Source of the DNA: Synechococcus sp. A15-28 | Lineage (GTDB): Bacteria; Cyanobacteriota; Cyanobacteriia; PCC-6307; Cyanobiaceae | Direction of reading: 5' to 3' | Length of the DNA: 32,000 nucleotides | Assembly: GCF_014280175.1 (NCBI RefSeq) | Contig: NZ_CP047931.1 | Span: 2,190,001 to 2,222,000, forward strand | Part shown: positions 1-11,075 of the stretch, one piece after another | Layout: every line of letters starts with the position of its first letter | Position numbering within the stretch: position 1 is the stretch's first letter | Translations under genes and position numbers: made by a program | Notes under the pieces: model-generated | What the model was told of the DNA's origin: nothing | The model's database searches: none | What the model saw: the letters and a program-made list of their open reading frames with translations, nothing else

Positions 1-578
1 AGCTCACCGAGGCGTCCGATCTCCGCCACGGGAATCGATGGTCGCCAGCTGTAACCGCAGCTGCGCTGGATCAACACCATCCGGCAAGGGCGCTCCAGGG
101 CCTGCTCAACAGTTGTGGTGTCCACTGAGCCATCGGCCTGCAGTTCAATCTCGTCGTAGCTGACGCCGAACTCCGCCAGGGAACCCTGGCCTGGATCCCG
201 CAGGCCGATCACCTCTTCCAGCGTGTCGTAGGGACGCCCGGTGATGGACAGCAAACGGTCGCCGGGCCGCAGCACCCCAAACAGGGCCGCCGCAATGGCA
301 TGGGTGCCGCTGACGAACTGCATGCGCACAGCAGCCGCTTCTGCACCCAAGACCCGTGCAAACACCCGGTCCACCACTTCACGCCCCTGATCCCCGTGGC
401 CGTAACCGGTCAGGGATGCGAAATGCTGAGTCCCCACCCGTTCAGCGGCCAGGGCAGCCAGCACGCGCTCCAACCGCTGTTGAACCTGCTCCGTGCGCAC
501 GGCAGCGAGGGGCTGCAGACCTCTGGCAACGGACGCCACAAAGTCCCTAGCGGCAGCGCTTCCTTCACCACTCGTCAC
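1..578 (-). CDS. PLP-dependent aluminium-resistance / methionine-gamma-lyase-like family protein (YnbB-like). N-terminal part only; the 3' end lies beyond the window start.
   Basis: Absent from the ORF track because it runs off the window edge. My minus-strand translation from the GTG at 576-578 reads VTSGEGSAAARDFVASVARGLQPLAAVRTEQVQQRLERVLAALAAERVGTQHFASLTGYGHGDQGREVVDRVFARVLGAEAAAVRMQFVSGTHAIAAALFGVLRPGDRLLSITGRPYDTLEEVIGL...MVLIQRSCGYSWRPSIPVAEIGRLGEL and stays open to position 1. An in-frame TGA lies 4 codons upstream of the GTG. The GYGxxDxGRE, VRxQxVSGTHAI and IQRSxGYxxRPS strings match my memory of this family. Confidence 0.6.
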   Translation of the reverse strand, partial: MTSGEGSAAARDFVASVARGLQPLAAVRTEQVQQRLERVLAALAAERVGTQHFASLTGYGHGDQGREVVDRVFARVLGAEAAAVRMQFVSGTHAIAAALFGVLRPGDRLLSITGRPYDTLEEVIGLRDPGQGSLAEFGVSYDEIELQADGSVDTTTVEQALERPCRMVLIQRSCGYSWRPSIPVAEIGRLGE

Positions 579-823
579 GATGCGACATCAGAGTCCAGAT
601 CTGCAGCATGCCCTCCCGACCACGGGTTATGGGCTCAACTCCTTTAGATTTCGGTCATCAATGGCACCAACCGCTCCTCGGCTTTCTGGTCTGAGCGGCC
701 TCGTCAACCCCTGGAGTCTTCCTGTTGGTTTTCTCGCAAACAGCTGACACCCGCGAGCTTCGGCAACGGGCAGCGGTGCAAGCGCCCCGCGGTCCCCTGC
801 CGGCCCGTCAGCGCAAGCTCAAG

Positions 824-1636
824 ATGGGCACCACCAGTTTCATGGTGGTGATGCACGTGCTGGCCACCGTGGCTCTGCTGCCGCGGTTCTGGAGCTGGCA
901 GGGCCTGGTGGCCTTCGGAGTGCTGTATTGGGTGACCGTTCTTGGCGTCACCCTGGGTCTGCACCGTCTAGTGGCCCATCGCAGCCTGGTGGTTCCGGTC
1001 TGGGTGGAGCGCGTGCTGGTGATCATGGGCACGCTGGCCTGCCAGAGCGGTCCGATCGAGTGGGTTGGCCTGCACCGCCACCACCACCGCTTCTCCGATC
1101 AACCCTCAGATCACCACGATGCCGGTCGCGGCTTGTGGTGGAGCCACAGCGAATGGATGCTGCACGACATCCCTGCCCTGAAGGAACTCGACCGCTACGC
1201 CGGTGATCTGCAGTGTGATCCCTTCTATCGCTGGCTCGACCGCTGGTTCCTCCTGCTGCAGATCCCCCTTGGACTTGGTCTGTACTGGATCGGAGAAGCA
1301 GCACAGGTGAGCGGTGGCGGCGTGGGACTGGTGCTCTGGGCCATCCCCCTGCGACTGGTGGTCGTGTATCACGTGACCTGGCTGGTGAATTCCGCCACCC
1401 ATGCCTTCGGCTATCGCAATTTCGATTGCCCTGATCTTTCCCGCAACTGCTGGTGGGTGGCACTGCTCTCCTTCGGTGAGGGCTGGCACAACAACCACCA
1501 CGCCCATCCCGCCAGTGCGCGCCATGGTCTGCGTTGGTTCGAGTTCGATCTCACCTGGCAGCACGTGCGCCTGCTCAAGCGCCTTGGCTTGGCAAGCCGT
1601 GTCAGGACGGCTCGCTACGTGCCTGGGGCCTCCTGA
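824..1636 (+). CDS. desC: Acyl-lipid delta-9 fatty acid desaturase (stearoyl-type membrane desaturase)
   Basis: Three histidine boxes typical of delta-9 membrane desaturases are present: HRLVAHR, HRHHHRFSD and GEGWHNNHHAHP. The N-terminus is hydrophobic. The track ORF starts at a TTG at 725; the first ATG is at 824 and I use that. The exact start is uncertain. Confidence 0.85.
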   Translation: MGTTSFMVVMHVLATVALLPRFWSWQGLVAFGVLYWVTVLGVTLGLHRLVAHRSLVVPVWVERVLVIMGTLACQSGPIEWVGLHRHHHRFSDQPSDHHDAGRGLWWSHSEWMLHDIPALKELDRYAGDLQCDPFYRWLDRWFLLLQIPLGLGLYWIGEAAQVSGGGVGLVLWAIPLRLVVVYHVTWLVNSATHAFGYRNFDCPDLSRNCWWVALLSFGEGWHNNHHAHPASARHGLRWFEFDLTWQHVRLLKRLGLASRVRTARYVPGAS

Positions 1637-1710
1637 TCCCCTCAAATTCCTCCGATCAGGCCACGTCGTAACGTGGTCGATCGCACAGATAACGTCCGCC
1701 CCCAGGTTCC

Positions 1711-2169
1711 ATGCCCAAGCGTGTACAAGTCGTTCTGAATGAGGACGTCCTCAGCCTCGGCAGGGACGGAGACCTGGTGGAGGTCGCCCCCGGTTACGCC
1801 CGCAACTTCCTGCTTCCCTTTGGCAAGGCTGTCCCGGTGACGCCTGCGGTGATGAAGCAGGTGGAGCACCGCCGCGCCAAGGAAGCCGAACGCCAAGCAG
1901 CTCTGAAGCAGGCAGCCCTCGACTTCCAGACTGCTCTGGCCACCATCGGTAGTTTCACAGTCAAGAAGCAGACCGGTGAGGACAACGTGCTGTTCGGCAC
2001 CGTGACCAACGGCGATGTGGCAGAAGCCATCCAGGACGCCACCAAGAAGGTGATCGACCGCCGCGACATCTTGGTGCCCGAAATCCATCGCACCGGCAAG
2101 TACACCGTCACGGTGAAGCTGCACAGCGAGGTCACGGCCGAGATCAACCTGGAAGTGGTCAGCTACTGA
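1711..2169 (+). CDS. rplI: 50S ribosomal protein L9
   Basis: 152 aa. N-terminus [41 protein letters not shown] is the classic L9 N-domain. It lies directly upstream of dnaB, as in many bacteria. Confidence 0.95.
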   Translation: MPKRVQVVLNEDVLSLGRDGDLVEVAPGYARNFLLPFGKAVPVTPAVMKQVEHRRAKEAERQAALKQAALDFQTALATIGSFTVKKQTGEDNVLFGTVTNGDVAEAIQDATKKVIDRRDILVPEIHRTGKYTVTVKLHSEVTAEINLEVVSY

Positions 2170-2230
2170 CCCCTGGCAAAGCGGCTCAACTGAGCCAGAG
2201 TGAGAGACCCGATTGTGACGGCCAACGGCC

Positions 2231-3646
2231 ATGGTGAGCGTCCCCCTCAGCGATAGCGGCGACAACGCCGACGGGGGACCCCGGGGTTTTCGCTCAAACC
2301 GCCGCGATCAGGAACCGAGCTTCGAAGCCCTCCCCGATTCCGTCCCGCCACAAAACCTTGAGGCGGAGGAAGCGGTATTGGGCGGCATCCTGCTGGATCC
2401 CGATGCCATTGGCCGGGTGGCGGATGTGCTGCAGCCGGAAGCATTTTATCTGAACGCCCACCGTGAGATCTTCCGCACCGCCCTGATGCTGCACAGCCAG
2501 GGCAAACCGACCGACCTGACGGCAATGAGTGCCTGGCTGGCGGATACGGGCTCTCTGGAGAAGGTGGGCGGCAACAACCGGCTGGTGGAGCTGGTGGAAC
2601 GGGTGCCGTCCACCGCCTCGATCGAGCAGGTGGCGAGGCTGGTGATGGACAAGTTCCTGCGCCGCCAGCTGATCCGCTCCGGCAACGAAGTGATCCAGCT
2701 GGGCTTCGACCAGGGCCTGCCGATGGAGCAGGTGCTGGATCAGGCCGAACAGAAGATCTTCGCCATCAGCCAGGAGAAACCCTCCAAAGGGCTCACCCCC
2801 ACCGCCGAAATCCTCACCCAGACTTTTGAGGAGATCGAAAGCCGCTCCCTGGGCACCTCGGTGGCCGGTATCCCGGTGAACTTCTACGACCTGGATGCGA
2901 TGACCCAGGGCCTGCAGCGCAGCGACCTGATCATCGTGGCCGGCCGCCCGGCCATGGGCAAAACCTCGATCGTGCTGAACCTGGCCAAGAACGTGGCCCA
3001 GCTGCACGACCTGCCGGTGTGCCTGTTCTCCCTGGAGATGAGCAAGGAACAGCTCACCTACCGCCTGCTCTCGATGGAGGTGGGCATCGAAGCGGGGCGG
3101 CTGCGCACTGGCCGCCTGCAGCAGGAGGAATGGCCGCTGCTGGGCCAGGGCATCAACAGCCTGGGGCAACTGCCGATCTTCATCGACGACAAACCCAACT
3201 CCGGTGTGCTGGAGATGCGTTCGCTCTGCCGGCGGCTGATGGCCGAACAGGGCAAGGAGCTGGGACTGGTGATGATCGACTATCTGCAGCTGATGGAGGG
3301 CTCGGGTTCCGACAACAGGGTGCAGGAGCTGTCGCGCATCACCCGGGGCCTGAAGCAGATGGCGCGGGAACTCAACGTGCCGGTGATCGCCCTCTCCCAG
3401 CTCAGCCGTGGCGTGGAATCCCGCAGCAACAAACGGCCGATGCTGAGCGATCTGCGGGAATCGGGCTCGATCGAGCAGGACGCTGACCTGGTGCTGATGA
3501 TCTACCGCGACGAGTACTACAACCCGGAAACACCGGACCGGGGCATCACCGAAGTGATCGTGACCAAGCACCGCAACGGTCCGGTGGGCACGGTGAAGCT
3601 GCTGTTCGAGCCGCAGTTCACCCGTTTCCGCAACCTGGCGGCCTGA
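2231..3646 (+). CDS. dnaB: Replicative DNA helicase DnaB (no intein)
   Basis: 471 aa. Contains PPQNLEAEEAVLGGILLDP (DnaB N-domain), Walker A GRPAMGKTS, DYLQLM and the SGSIEQDADLV motif. The protein is contiguous with no intein-sized insertion. Confidence 0.95.
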   Translation: MVSVPLSDSGDNADGGPRGFRSNRRDQEPSFEALPDSVPPQNLEAEEAVLGGILLDPDAIGRVADVLQPEAFYLNAHREIFRTALMLHSQGKPTDLTAMSAWLADTGSLEKVGGNNRLVELVERVPSTASIEQVARLVMDKFLRRQLIRSGNEVIQLGFDQGLPMEQVLDQAEQKIFAISQEKPSKGLTPTAEILTQTFEEIESRSLGTSVAGIPVNFYDLDAMTQGLQRSDLIIVAGRPAMGKTSIVLNLAKNVAQLHDLPVCLFSLEMSKEQLTYRLLSMEVGIEAGRLRTGRLQQEEWPLLGQGINSLGQLPIFIDDKPNSGVLEMRSLCRRLMAEQGKELGLVMIDYLQLMEGSGSDNRVQELSRITRGLKQMARELNVPVIALSQLSRGVESRSNKRPMLSDLRESGSIEQDADLVLMIYRDEYYNPETPDRGITEVIVTKHRNGPVGTVKLLFEPQFTRFRNLAA

Positions 3647-3667
3647 GCCAACTCAGATAATGAAGCC

Positions 3668-5593
3668 ATGAGCGTCTCCGCTGCCCCCACCGAATCCTTT
3701 GACGTGATCGTGGTCGGCGGCGGCCATGCCGGTTGTGAAGCGGCGATCACAGCCGCCCGGCTGGGCCTGAACACGGCCCTGTTCACCCTCAACCTCGACC
3801 GAATCGCCTGGCAGCCCTGCAACCCCGCCGTCGGCGGCCCCGCCAAAAGCCAGCTCGTCCATGAAGTGGATGCCCTCGGTGGGGTGATCGGGCGCCTGGC
3901 CGATGCCACCGCCATCCAGAAGCGGATCCTCAACGCCAGCCGCGGCCCGGCGGTGTGGGCCCTGCGCGCCCAGACCGACAAGCGCCTCTATTCCCGCCAG
4001 ATGCTGCAGCTGCTGCAGCACACCCCCAACCTCGCCCTGCGCGAGGCGATGGTGACCGGGCTGGAAACCACCGGTGAAGGCGACCAGCAACGCATCAGCG
4101 GCATCCGCACCTATTTCGGCAGCGTCTATGGCGCTGAAGCGGTGATCCTTACCGCCGGCACCTTCCTGGGGGGCCGCATCTGGGTGGGGCATCAATCGAT
4201 GGCCGCAGGCCGCGCCGGAGAGCAGGCCGCTGAAGGCCTCACCGAAGCGCTGCAGCAACTCGGCTTCCAGACCGACCGGCTCAAAACCGGCACCCCCGCC
4301 CGCGTGGACCGGCGCAGCATCGCCCTCGATCAACTGAAGGAGCAGCCCAGCGATGCGGCCGATCGCTTCTTCTCCTTTGACCCGGCCGCCTGGGTGAGCG
4401 GTGAGCAGATGAGCTGCCACATCACCCGCACCACCGCGGAAACCCATCAGCTGATCCGCGACAACCTGCACCTCACCGCCATCTACGGCGGCGTGATCGA
4501 CAGCAAGGGCCCGCGCTACTGCCCCTCAATCGAAGACAAGATCGTTCGCTTCGCGGACAAGGACAGCCACCAGATCTTTCTTGAGCCGGAGGGACGCGAC
4601 ACCCCAGAGATCTACGTGCAGGGCTTCTCCACCGGCCTGCCGGAACCGATCCAGCTGCAATTGCTGCGCAGCCTGCCGGGCCTGGAGCACGCCGTGATGC
4701 TGCGACCGGCCTATTCGGTGGATTACGACTACTTGCCTGCCACCCAACTCAAGCCCTCCCTGGAAACCAAGCGGGTGCGCGGCCTGTTCAGCGCTGGCCA
4801 GCTCAACGGCACCACGGGCTATGAAGAAGCCGCCGCGCAGGGCCTAGTGGCCGGCGTCAATGCTGCCCGGCTGATCGGCGGTCAGGAGCCGGTGCACTTC
4901 CCCCGGGAGGGCAGCTACATCGGCACGATGATCGACGATCTGGTGAGCAAAGACCTGCGTGAGCCCTACCGGGTGCTCACCAGCCGCAGCGAATACCGCC
5001 TGATCCTCCGCGGCGACAACGCCGACCGCCGCCTGACGCCGTTGGGCCGTGAGCTGGGCCTGATCGACGACCGCCGCTGGCAGCTGTTCGAGGACAAACT
5101 CCAGGCGATGGACACCGAGAAGCATCGGCTGGAAACCGTGCGGCTCAAGGTGAGCGATCCGGTGGCCCCGACGGTGGAGCAAGAAACCGGTGCGGCGATC
5201 AAAGGCTCAATCACCCTGGCCGACCTGCTGCGCCGACCCGGCATGCACGCCGCCGATCTGGTGCGCCATGGCCTGGCCGATGCCGATCTGCCCCTGCAGG
5301 TGCGAGAAGGGGCGGAGATCGACATCAAATACAGCGGCTACCTGCAACGGCAGCAGCAGCAGATCGATCAGGTGAAACGCCAGAGCCAGCGCAAGCTGCC
5401 GGCCGATCTGGACTACGCCGGCATCGGCACCCTCTCCAACGAAGCCCGCGAAAAGCTCACGGCGATTCAACCCGGCACCCTGGGGCAGGCCAGCCGCATC
5501 CCCGGCGTCAGCCAGGCGGACATCACCGCCCTGCTGATGTGGCTGGAACTGCGTCAGCGCCAGGCCCTCGCCCCCCCTGCAGAAGCTCGATAG
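3668..5593 (+). CDS. mnmG: tRNA uridine-5-carboxymethylaminomethyl modification enzyme MnmG (GidA)
   Basis: 641 aa. FAD-binding N-terminus [15 protein letters not shown], plus [11 protein letters not shown] and [16 protein letters not shown] motifs, and typical MnmG length. Confidence 0.95.
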   Translation: MSVSAAPTESFDVIVVGGGHAGCEAAITAARLGLNTALFTLNLDRIAWQPCNPAVGGPAKSQLVHEVDALGGVIGRLADATAIQKRILNASRGPAVWALRAQTDKRLYSRQMLQLLQHTPNLALREAMVTGLETTGEGDQQRISGIRTYFGSVYGAEAVILTAGTFLGGRIWVGHQSMAAGRAGEQAAEGLTEALQQLGFQTDRLKTGTPARVDRRSIALDQLKEQPSDAADRFFSFDPAAWVSGEQMSCHITRTTAETHQLIRDNLHLTAIYGGVIDSKGPRYCPSIEDKIVRFADKDSHQIFLEPEGRDTPEIYVQGFSTGLPEPIQLQLLRSLPGLEHAVMLRPAYSVDYDYLPATQLKPSLETKRVRGLFSAGQLNGTTGYEEAAAQGLVAGVNAARLIGGQEPVHFPREGSYIGTMIDDLVSKDLREPYRVLTSRSEYRLILRGDNADRRLTPLGRELGLIDDRRWQLFEDKLQAMDTEKHRLETVRLKVSDPVAPTVEQETGAAIKGSITLADLLRRPGMHAADLVRHGLADADLPLQVREGAEIDIKYSGYLQRQQQQIDQVKRQSQRKLPADLDYAGIGTLSNEAREKLTAIQPGTLGQASRIPGVSQADITALLMWLELRQRQALAPPAEAR

Positions 5594-5673
5594 CGTTGAG
5601 ACCCTGCAGGTCCGCCTTGGCCGTCCGGCTTCCCACTTCCCGTGCCTACTGGAACCTGCGGGCAGAGCAGGTG

Positions 5674-6270
5674 ATGGACAAGGTGTTCGACCAGGACGCA
5701 CTGAATTCCTCGCGGCCCAACCACCTCATTCCGGTGGACGTGGATGTGCACGAACCACCACCGCCGACACCACCAGCACCAGCGGCGACCACCACTACCC
5801 CCTGGTTGTTGCTGATCGTCAGCGGCATCGCTGTGGCCGGTGCCGTCAACATCGGCTGGCTGATCAGCAGCCTGCTGCAGTCCCGCAGCCAGCTGGATCA
5901 GGAACGCAACCTGCTGATGCTTGAGCGCCTGCAGGCAGAGGCCAGCACCCCTGCTGAGCCGGAACCGGAGTGGATGGCCAGCCTCGAACCACCCGCACCC
6001 CCCAGCAGCCTTGGACTCGCCCTCTCACCTGCAGCCCCGGAGCTGCTGCCGATTCCAACCCTGACCCCAATGCCGCAACTCACCGGGGTGGTACAGGGTC
6101 CTGGCGGCAACAGCTCCGCCATCTTCCAGCTGGGCACAACATCTCTCTCCGCAGGCATCGGTGAATCAATCGGCAGCAGCGGCTGGCGGTTGGACTCCAT
6201 CAGCAGTGGCGGCGCGGTGATCAGTCAGCACGGCCAGCAGCGAACCCTCTCCGTCGGGGGGCTGTTCTGA
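5674..6270 (+). CDS. Hypothetical bitopic membrane protein with a Pro/Thr-rich region, one TM helix and a C-terminal beta-rich domain
   Basis: The track ORF 5539..6270 overlaps the mnmG 3' end, so I start at the ATG at 5674 (MDKVFDQDAL...). It has one clear TM segment (PWLLLIVSGIAVAGAVNIGWLISSLL) and a Pro-rich linker. The C-terminus GVVQGPGGNSSAIFQLG...GWRLDSISSGGAVISQHGQQRTLSVGG is weakly reminiscent of PilP/GspC-type domains. Confidence 0.5.
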   Translation: MDKVFDQDALNSSRPNHLIPVDVDVHEPPPPTPPAPAATTTTPWLLLIVSGIAVAGAVNIGWLISSLLQSRSQLDQERNLLMLERLQAEASTPAEPEPEWMASLEPPAPPSSLGLALSPAAPELLPIPTLTPMPQLTGVVQGPGGNSSAIFQLGTTSLSAGIGESIGSSGWRLDSISSGGAVISQHGQQRTLSVGGLF

Positions 6271-6329
6271 ATTCATCCACTCCGCTGCTGCCCTCCCCCC
6301 ATCAGCTCTGGCAGGCCCCCACCGACGCG

Positions 6330-6866
6330 GTGCTGAGTGGCGAGGGCCCCCGGCAGCTACCGGGGGCCTGGCGACTGATGCTGCTGGGGGACGGCAGTCC
6401 CACCCGTCATCTCAGGCTTCTCACCGGTGAGCCGGTGGCCGTGGACCTGATCGCCATGGAACCGGAAGCCGGTCTGCCGGCGGAAGCACCGGCCGAGGTG
6501 GCTGAGCTGCAAGGGCCCTTGCTGCGACGCCAGGTGTGGCTCACCTGTGGCGGCCAGCCCCTGGCCTGGGCGGAGAGCTGGTGGAATCAGGCGGAAGCTG
6601 AGCTGCATCTGCGGGACCGCAACCTGCCGATCTGGAAAAGCCTCACCCAAGGGCGCTCCGAACTGTTCCGCGAAGTCGATGGCCTGGCGCTGGTGCAGGC
6701 GGACTGGCTGGAGCACACCTTCGGCCACCGCGGGCCCTTCTGGAGCCGGCACTACCGCTTTTTCCGCAGCGGCGCAGCGCTCACGGTGATCCGTGAGGTG
6801 TTCAGCCCGCAGCTGGAAACCTGGCTGGGACCGACCTTGCGCCAGGAGCTTCAACAAAGTTCATGA
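6330..6866 (+). CDS. Chorismate lyase-like protein (UbiC/DUF98 family)
   Basis: 178 aa. WRLMLLGDGSPTRHLRLLTGEPV plus the later RRQVWL and ALTVIREVFSP segments match my memory of cyanobacterial chorismate pyruvate-lyase-like proteins. The track start is a GTG. In-frame upstream codons (HQLWQAPTDA) remain open, so the true start may lie upstream. Confidence 0.65.
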   Translation: MLSGEGPRQLPGAWRLMLLGDGSPTRHLRLLTGEPVAVDLIAMEPEAGLPAEAPAEVAELQGPLLRRQVWLTCGGQPLAWAESWWNQAEAELHLRDRNLPIWKSLTQGRSELFREVDGLALVQADWLEHTFGHRGPFWSRHYRFFRSGAALTVIREVFSPQLETWLGPTLRQELQQSS

Positions 6867-6956
6867 ACAATTCTGCGAGATTGTTGGGATTTGCTCTTGA
6901 CAACTTGCCTTTACATGTGCACCGAGGAATATGTGGACACATCGGTTCACCGTGTC

Positions 6957-7409
6957 ATGGCTGCCCTCAACCCCTGGCTCAGCCTCACCGACCTCGGTCG
7001 GATCTACGGCATTTCAGCCATCCACTGCGGTCGCATCCTTGAGCAGCAAGGTTGGCGCGATCGACGCGGACGCCCCACCCCTGCGGCTCTTGAAGCCGAA
7101 GCCGCCAGCTGCGCCGGCACCCATGGCCAGGGCCGCACGGTGTTCTGGAGCCGCGCGATCTGTTCGGAGCTACTGGAAAACATGGGCTACGCCCCGATGA
7201 GCCGCAACGTGCAAGTCGAACAATGGACCCAGCTGCTGGAAGCCATGCAGCTGGGCTCTCCTTCCATCTCCGCCACCCCGGACCAGATGGCCGAAGAAAT
7301 GCCCAGCGAACTTGTGGAGGAGGTGAACCAGCAGTTGGAGGTGCGCGGCTGCAGCTATCGCGTCAGCCGCCACCATCGTCAGGCCAGCCGCAGTGCCTCG
7401 GCCTGCTGA
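6957..7409 (+). CDS. Hypothetical protein
   Basis: The track ORF starts at a TTG at 6891. The first ATG, at 6957, gives MAALNPWLSLTDLGRIYGISAIHCGRILEQQGW... (150 aa). Composition is coding-like and no family is recognised. Confidence 0.5.
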   Translation: MAALNPWLSLTDLGRIYGISAIHCGRILEQQGWRDRRGRPTPAALEAEAASCAGTHGQGRTVFWSRAICSELLENMGYAPMSRNVQVEQWTQLLEAMQLGSPSISATPDQMAEEMPSELVEEVNQQLEVRGCSYRVSRHHRQASRSASAC

Positions 7410-7417
7410 AGCCTCCG

Positions 7418-7861
7418 TCAGTCACGCCGACGACTGGAGCGGGGCAACGACCGCCGCGGGGCTGACGGTTGAGGGTCAACGGCGGGAGTGACCTGGCCGC
7501 GGGTCCGTTGCCAGCGGTCCACCCGGAAGCTGTCGTCCTCCGGCCAGTCATCCACGGACCCTGGGTCAGGGGTCGTCATCGCAGGGACCGAGGGCGCCGA
7601 TGCGACCTGACGGCCCCGACGGGAAATGGCTTCAAGGGGACGTTTGCCGCTGCGCATCGGTCGATCGTTCTCCTGCCAGGGCTCCCGCCAGGCATCGTCG
7701 TCCTCCAACAGCCACTCAACCTTGTCGCCCACCCAGCGGCCGACGGAATCCAGATCAAAACTGCTGCGGCGCTGACCGGGGCGACGTCCTGAAACGCCGT
7801 CGACAAACTGACGACCGGTCTCGATCCAGGTGTCCAGTCGGCGGTCTCTGCGATCTTCCAT
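7418..7861 (-). CDS. Conserved-looking hypothetical protein (charged, Trp/Asp/Arg-rich)
   Basis: 147 aa with an ATG start. MEDRRDRRLDTWIETGRQFVDGVSGRRPGQRR...VGRWVGDKVEWLLEDDDAWREPW resembles hypothetical proteins I recall from marine picocyanobacteria. The start is preceded by GGGGA 1 nt upstream and lies 9 nt after the upstream micro-ORF stop. Confidence 0.6.
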   Translation of the reverse strand: MEDRRDRRLDTWIETGRQFVDGVSGRRPGQRRSSFDLDSVGRWVGDKVEWLLEDDDAWREPWQENDRPMRSGKRPLEAISRRGRQVASAPSVPAMTTPDPGSVDDWPEDDSFRVDRWQRTRGQVTPAVDPQPSAPRRSLPRSSRRRD

Positions 7862-7870
7862 TCCCCGACG

Positions 7871-7966
7871 TTACCGACGCCGACGGCGCAACCAATGCTC
7901 CCGTCGCAGTCCGATCAGAGCGATGGTGAAACCACCAAGTTCCAGCGACAGAAGAAACACCTCCAT
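7871..7966 (-). CDS. Candidate 31-aa single-TM micro-protein (MEVFLLSLELGGFTIALIGLRREHWLRRRRR)
   Basis: Found by hand; it is shorter than any ORF in the track. The ATG (7964-7966) begins 1 nt after the SprT-like stop (7968-7970). Its TAA (7871-7873) lies 9 nt before the next ATG (7861). It therefore exactly fills the only gap in a three-gene minus-strand run. It has a hydrophobic core followed by a poly-Arg tail. Confidence 0.4.
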   Translation of the reverse strand: MEVFLLSLELGGFTIALIGLRREHWLRRRRR

Positions 7967-7967
7967 C

Positions 7968-8507
7968 TCAGACCGCAGATTCGAACTGCAGCACGCAGCT
8001 GTGGTGCCAGCGCCCACCGTGATGCTGATCACAGCACCTGCGGCAGGCGGCGTTGCTGATGCGGCGACGGTAGGGGTAGCGGGTACCGCAACTGGGACAG
8101 ACCGCCCACCAGCGCGGGGGTTTCACCGGAACGGGGTAGTGGTGGCGCACGCTCACCTGAAACCGGCTCTGAGCGGCATTGATCGCGTCCATCTGTGCCC
8201 GAAAGCGTGGACCGTGGCTCTCCCGTTTCCTCAGCACCAGATCCACCCAGGCATGAATCATTTCGTGGCAGAGGGTGCTTTCCGTGGCCTCCTGCGGCAA
8301 AGGTTCCAGCAACGGCTTCGACAGCACGATCTCGCTGCCCCTTCCCTCCCCGATTCCAGGGCCACGGCGATACAGACCAGCGGTCCGGCTCATGCGGGCG
8401 TCACTCCAGCGCACAGAACTCAGCGGTGACCCGTCCCGCGCAAGAACACCGTCGAAATGCTGACGGTTCAGACGATGAAAGATCGGCAGCAACGGCAGCA
8501 ACGGCAC
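7968..8507 (-). CDS. SprT-like zinc metalloprotease family protein with a C-terminal zinc ribbon
   Basis: 179 aa with a GTG start. N-terminus FHRLNRQHFDGVL, an HExxH site (LCHEMIHAW), and Cys pairs CPSCG...CRRCC at the C-terminus. Confidence 0.7.
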   Translation of the reverse strand: MPLLPLLPIFHRLNRQHFDGVLARDGSPLSSVRWSDARMSRTAGLYRRGPGIGEGRGSEIVLSKPLLEPLPQEATESTLCHEMIHAWVDLVLRKRESHGPRFRAQMDAINAAQSRFQVSVRHHYPVPVKPPRWWAVCPSCGTRYPYRRRISNAACRRCCDQHHGGRWHHSCVLQFESAV

Positions 8508-8582
8508 GTTCGGGTGGGTTGCAGCGATGCAGCATCATCCTGCCTCGGTCAGTCAGACTCGTCGCTGCTTTGAAGGCAGGCG

Positions 8583-11027
<2,445 letters not shown>

Positions 11028-11028
<1 letters not shown>

Positions 11029-11053
11029 AAAAAGCCCCCTTCTAAAAGGGGGC
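11028..11053 (-). terminator. Intrinsic terminator hairpin between convergent ligA and the island 5'-nucleotidase gene
   Basis: Perfect 8-bp stem GCCCCCTT (11034-11041) / AAGGGGGC (11046-11053) with a 4-nt loop. On the minus strand it is followed by TTTTTT (complement of 11028-11033) and lies 22 nt after the minus-strand stop at 11076. On the plus strand it has no U-tract, so it is at best a weak terminator for ligA. Confidence 0.8.
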
Positions 11054-11075
11054 AGAAATCATTGAACGCTGTTAA

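Noticed and set aside
300-747. Three overlapping plus-strand ORFs (300..647, 356..550, 493..747)
   Set aside because: Up to about position 578 they are antisense to the edge-truncated PLP-enzyme gene. Beyond that they lie in the divergent promoter region. Their translations are Pro/Arg/Ala-rich and not protein-like.
1657-1674. Hairpin GCCACGT-CGTA-ACGTGGT between desC and rplI
   Set aside because: The stem is short and includes one G-U pair. No U-tract follows. It could be a leader structure, but there is not enough evidence to call it a terminator or regulator.
2294-3571. 425-aa minus-strand ORF
   Set aside because: It is antisense to dnaB and has low-complexity His/Gln/Ala/Leu-rich composition. 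This is a GC-bias artefact.
6897-6932. Perfect TTGACA (6897-6902) upstream of the 6957 gene as a -35 element
   Set aside because: No acceptable -10 hexamer lies at 16-19 bp spacing. The nearest candidate, GAATAT at 6927-6932, is 24 bp away. It is not reported as a promoter.
8481-8507. 9-nt tandem repeat (GGCAGCAAC x2 on the plus strand) at the SprT-like gene start
   Set aside because: It simply encodes PLLPLLP at the N-terminus. With only two copies there is no evidence of variability or regulatory function.
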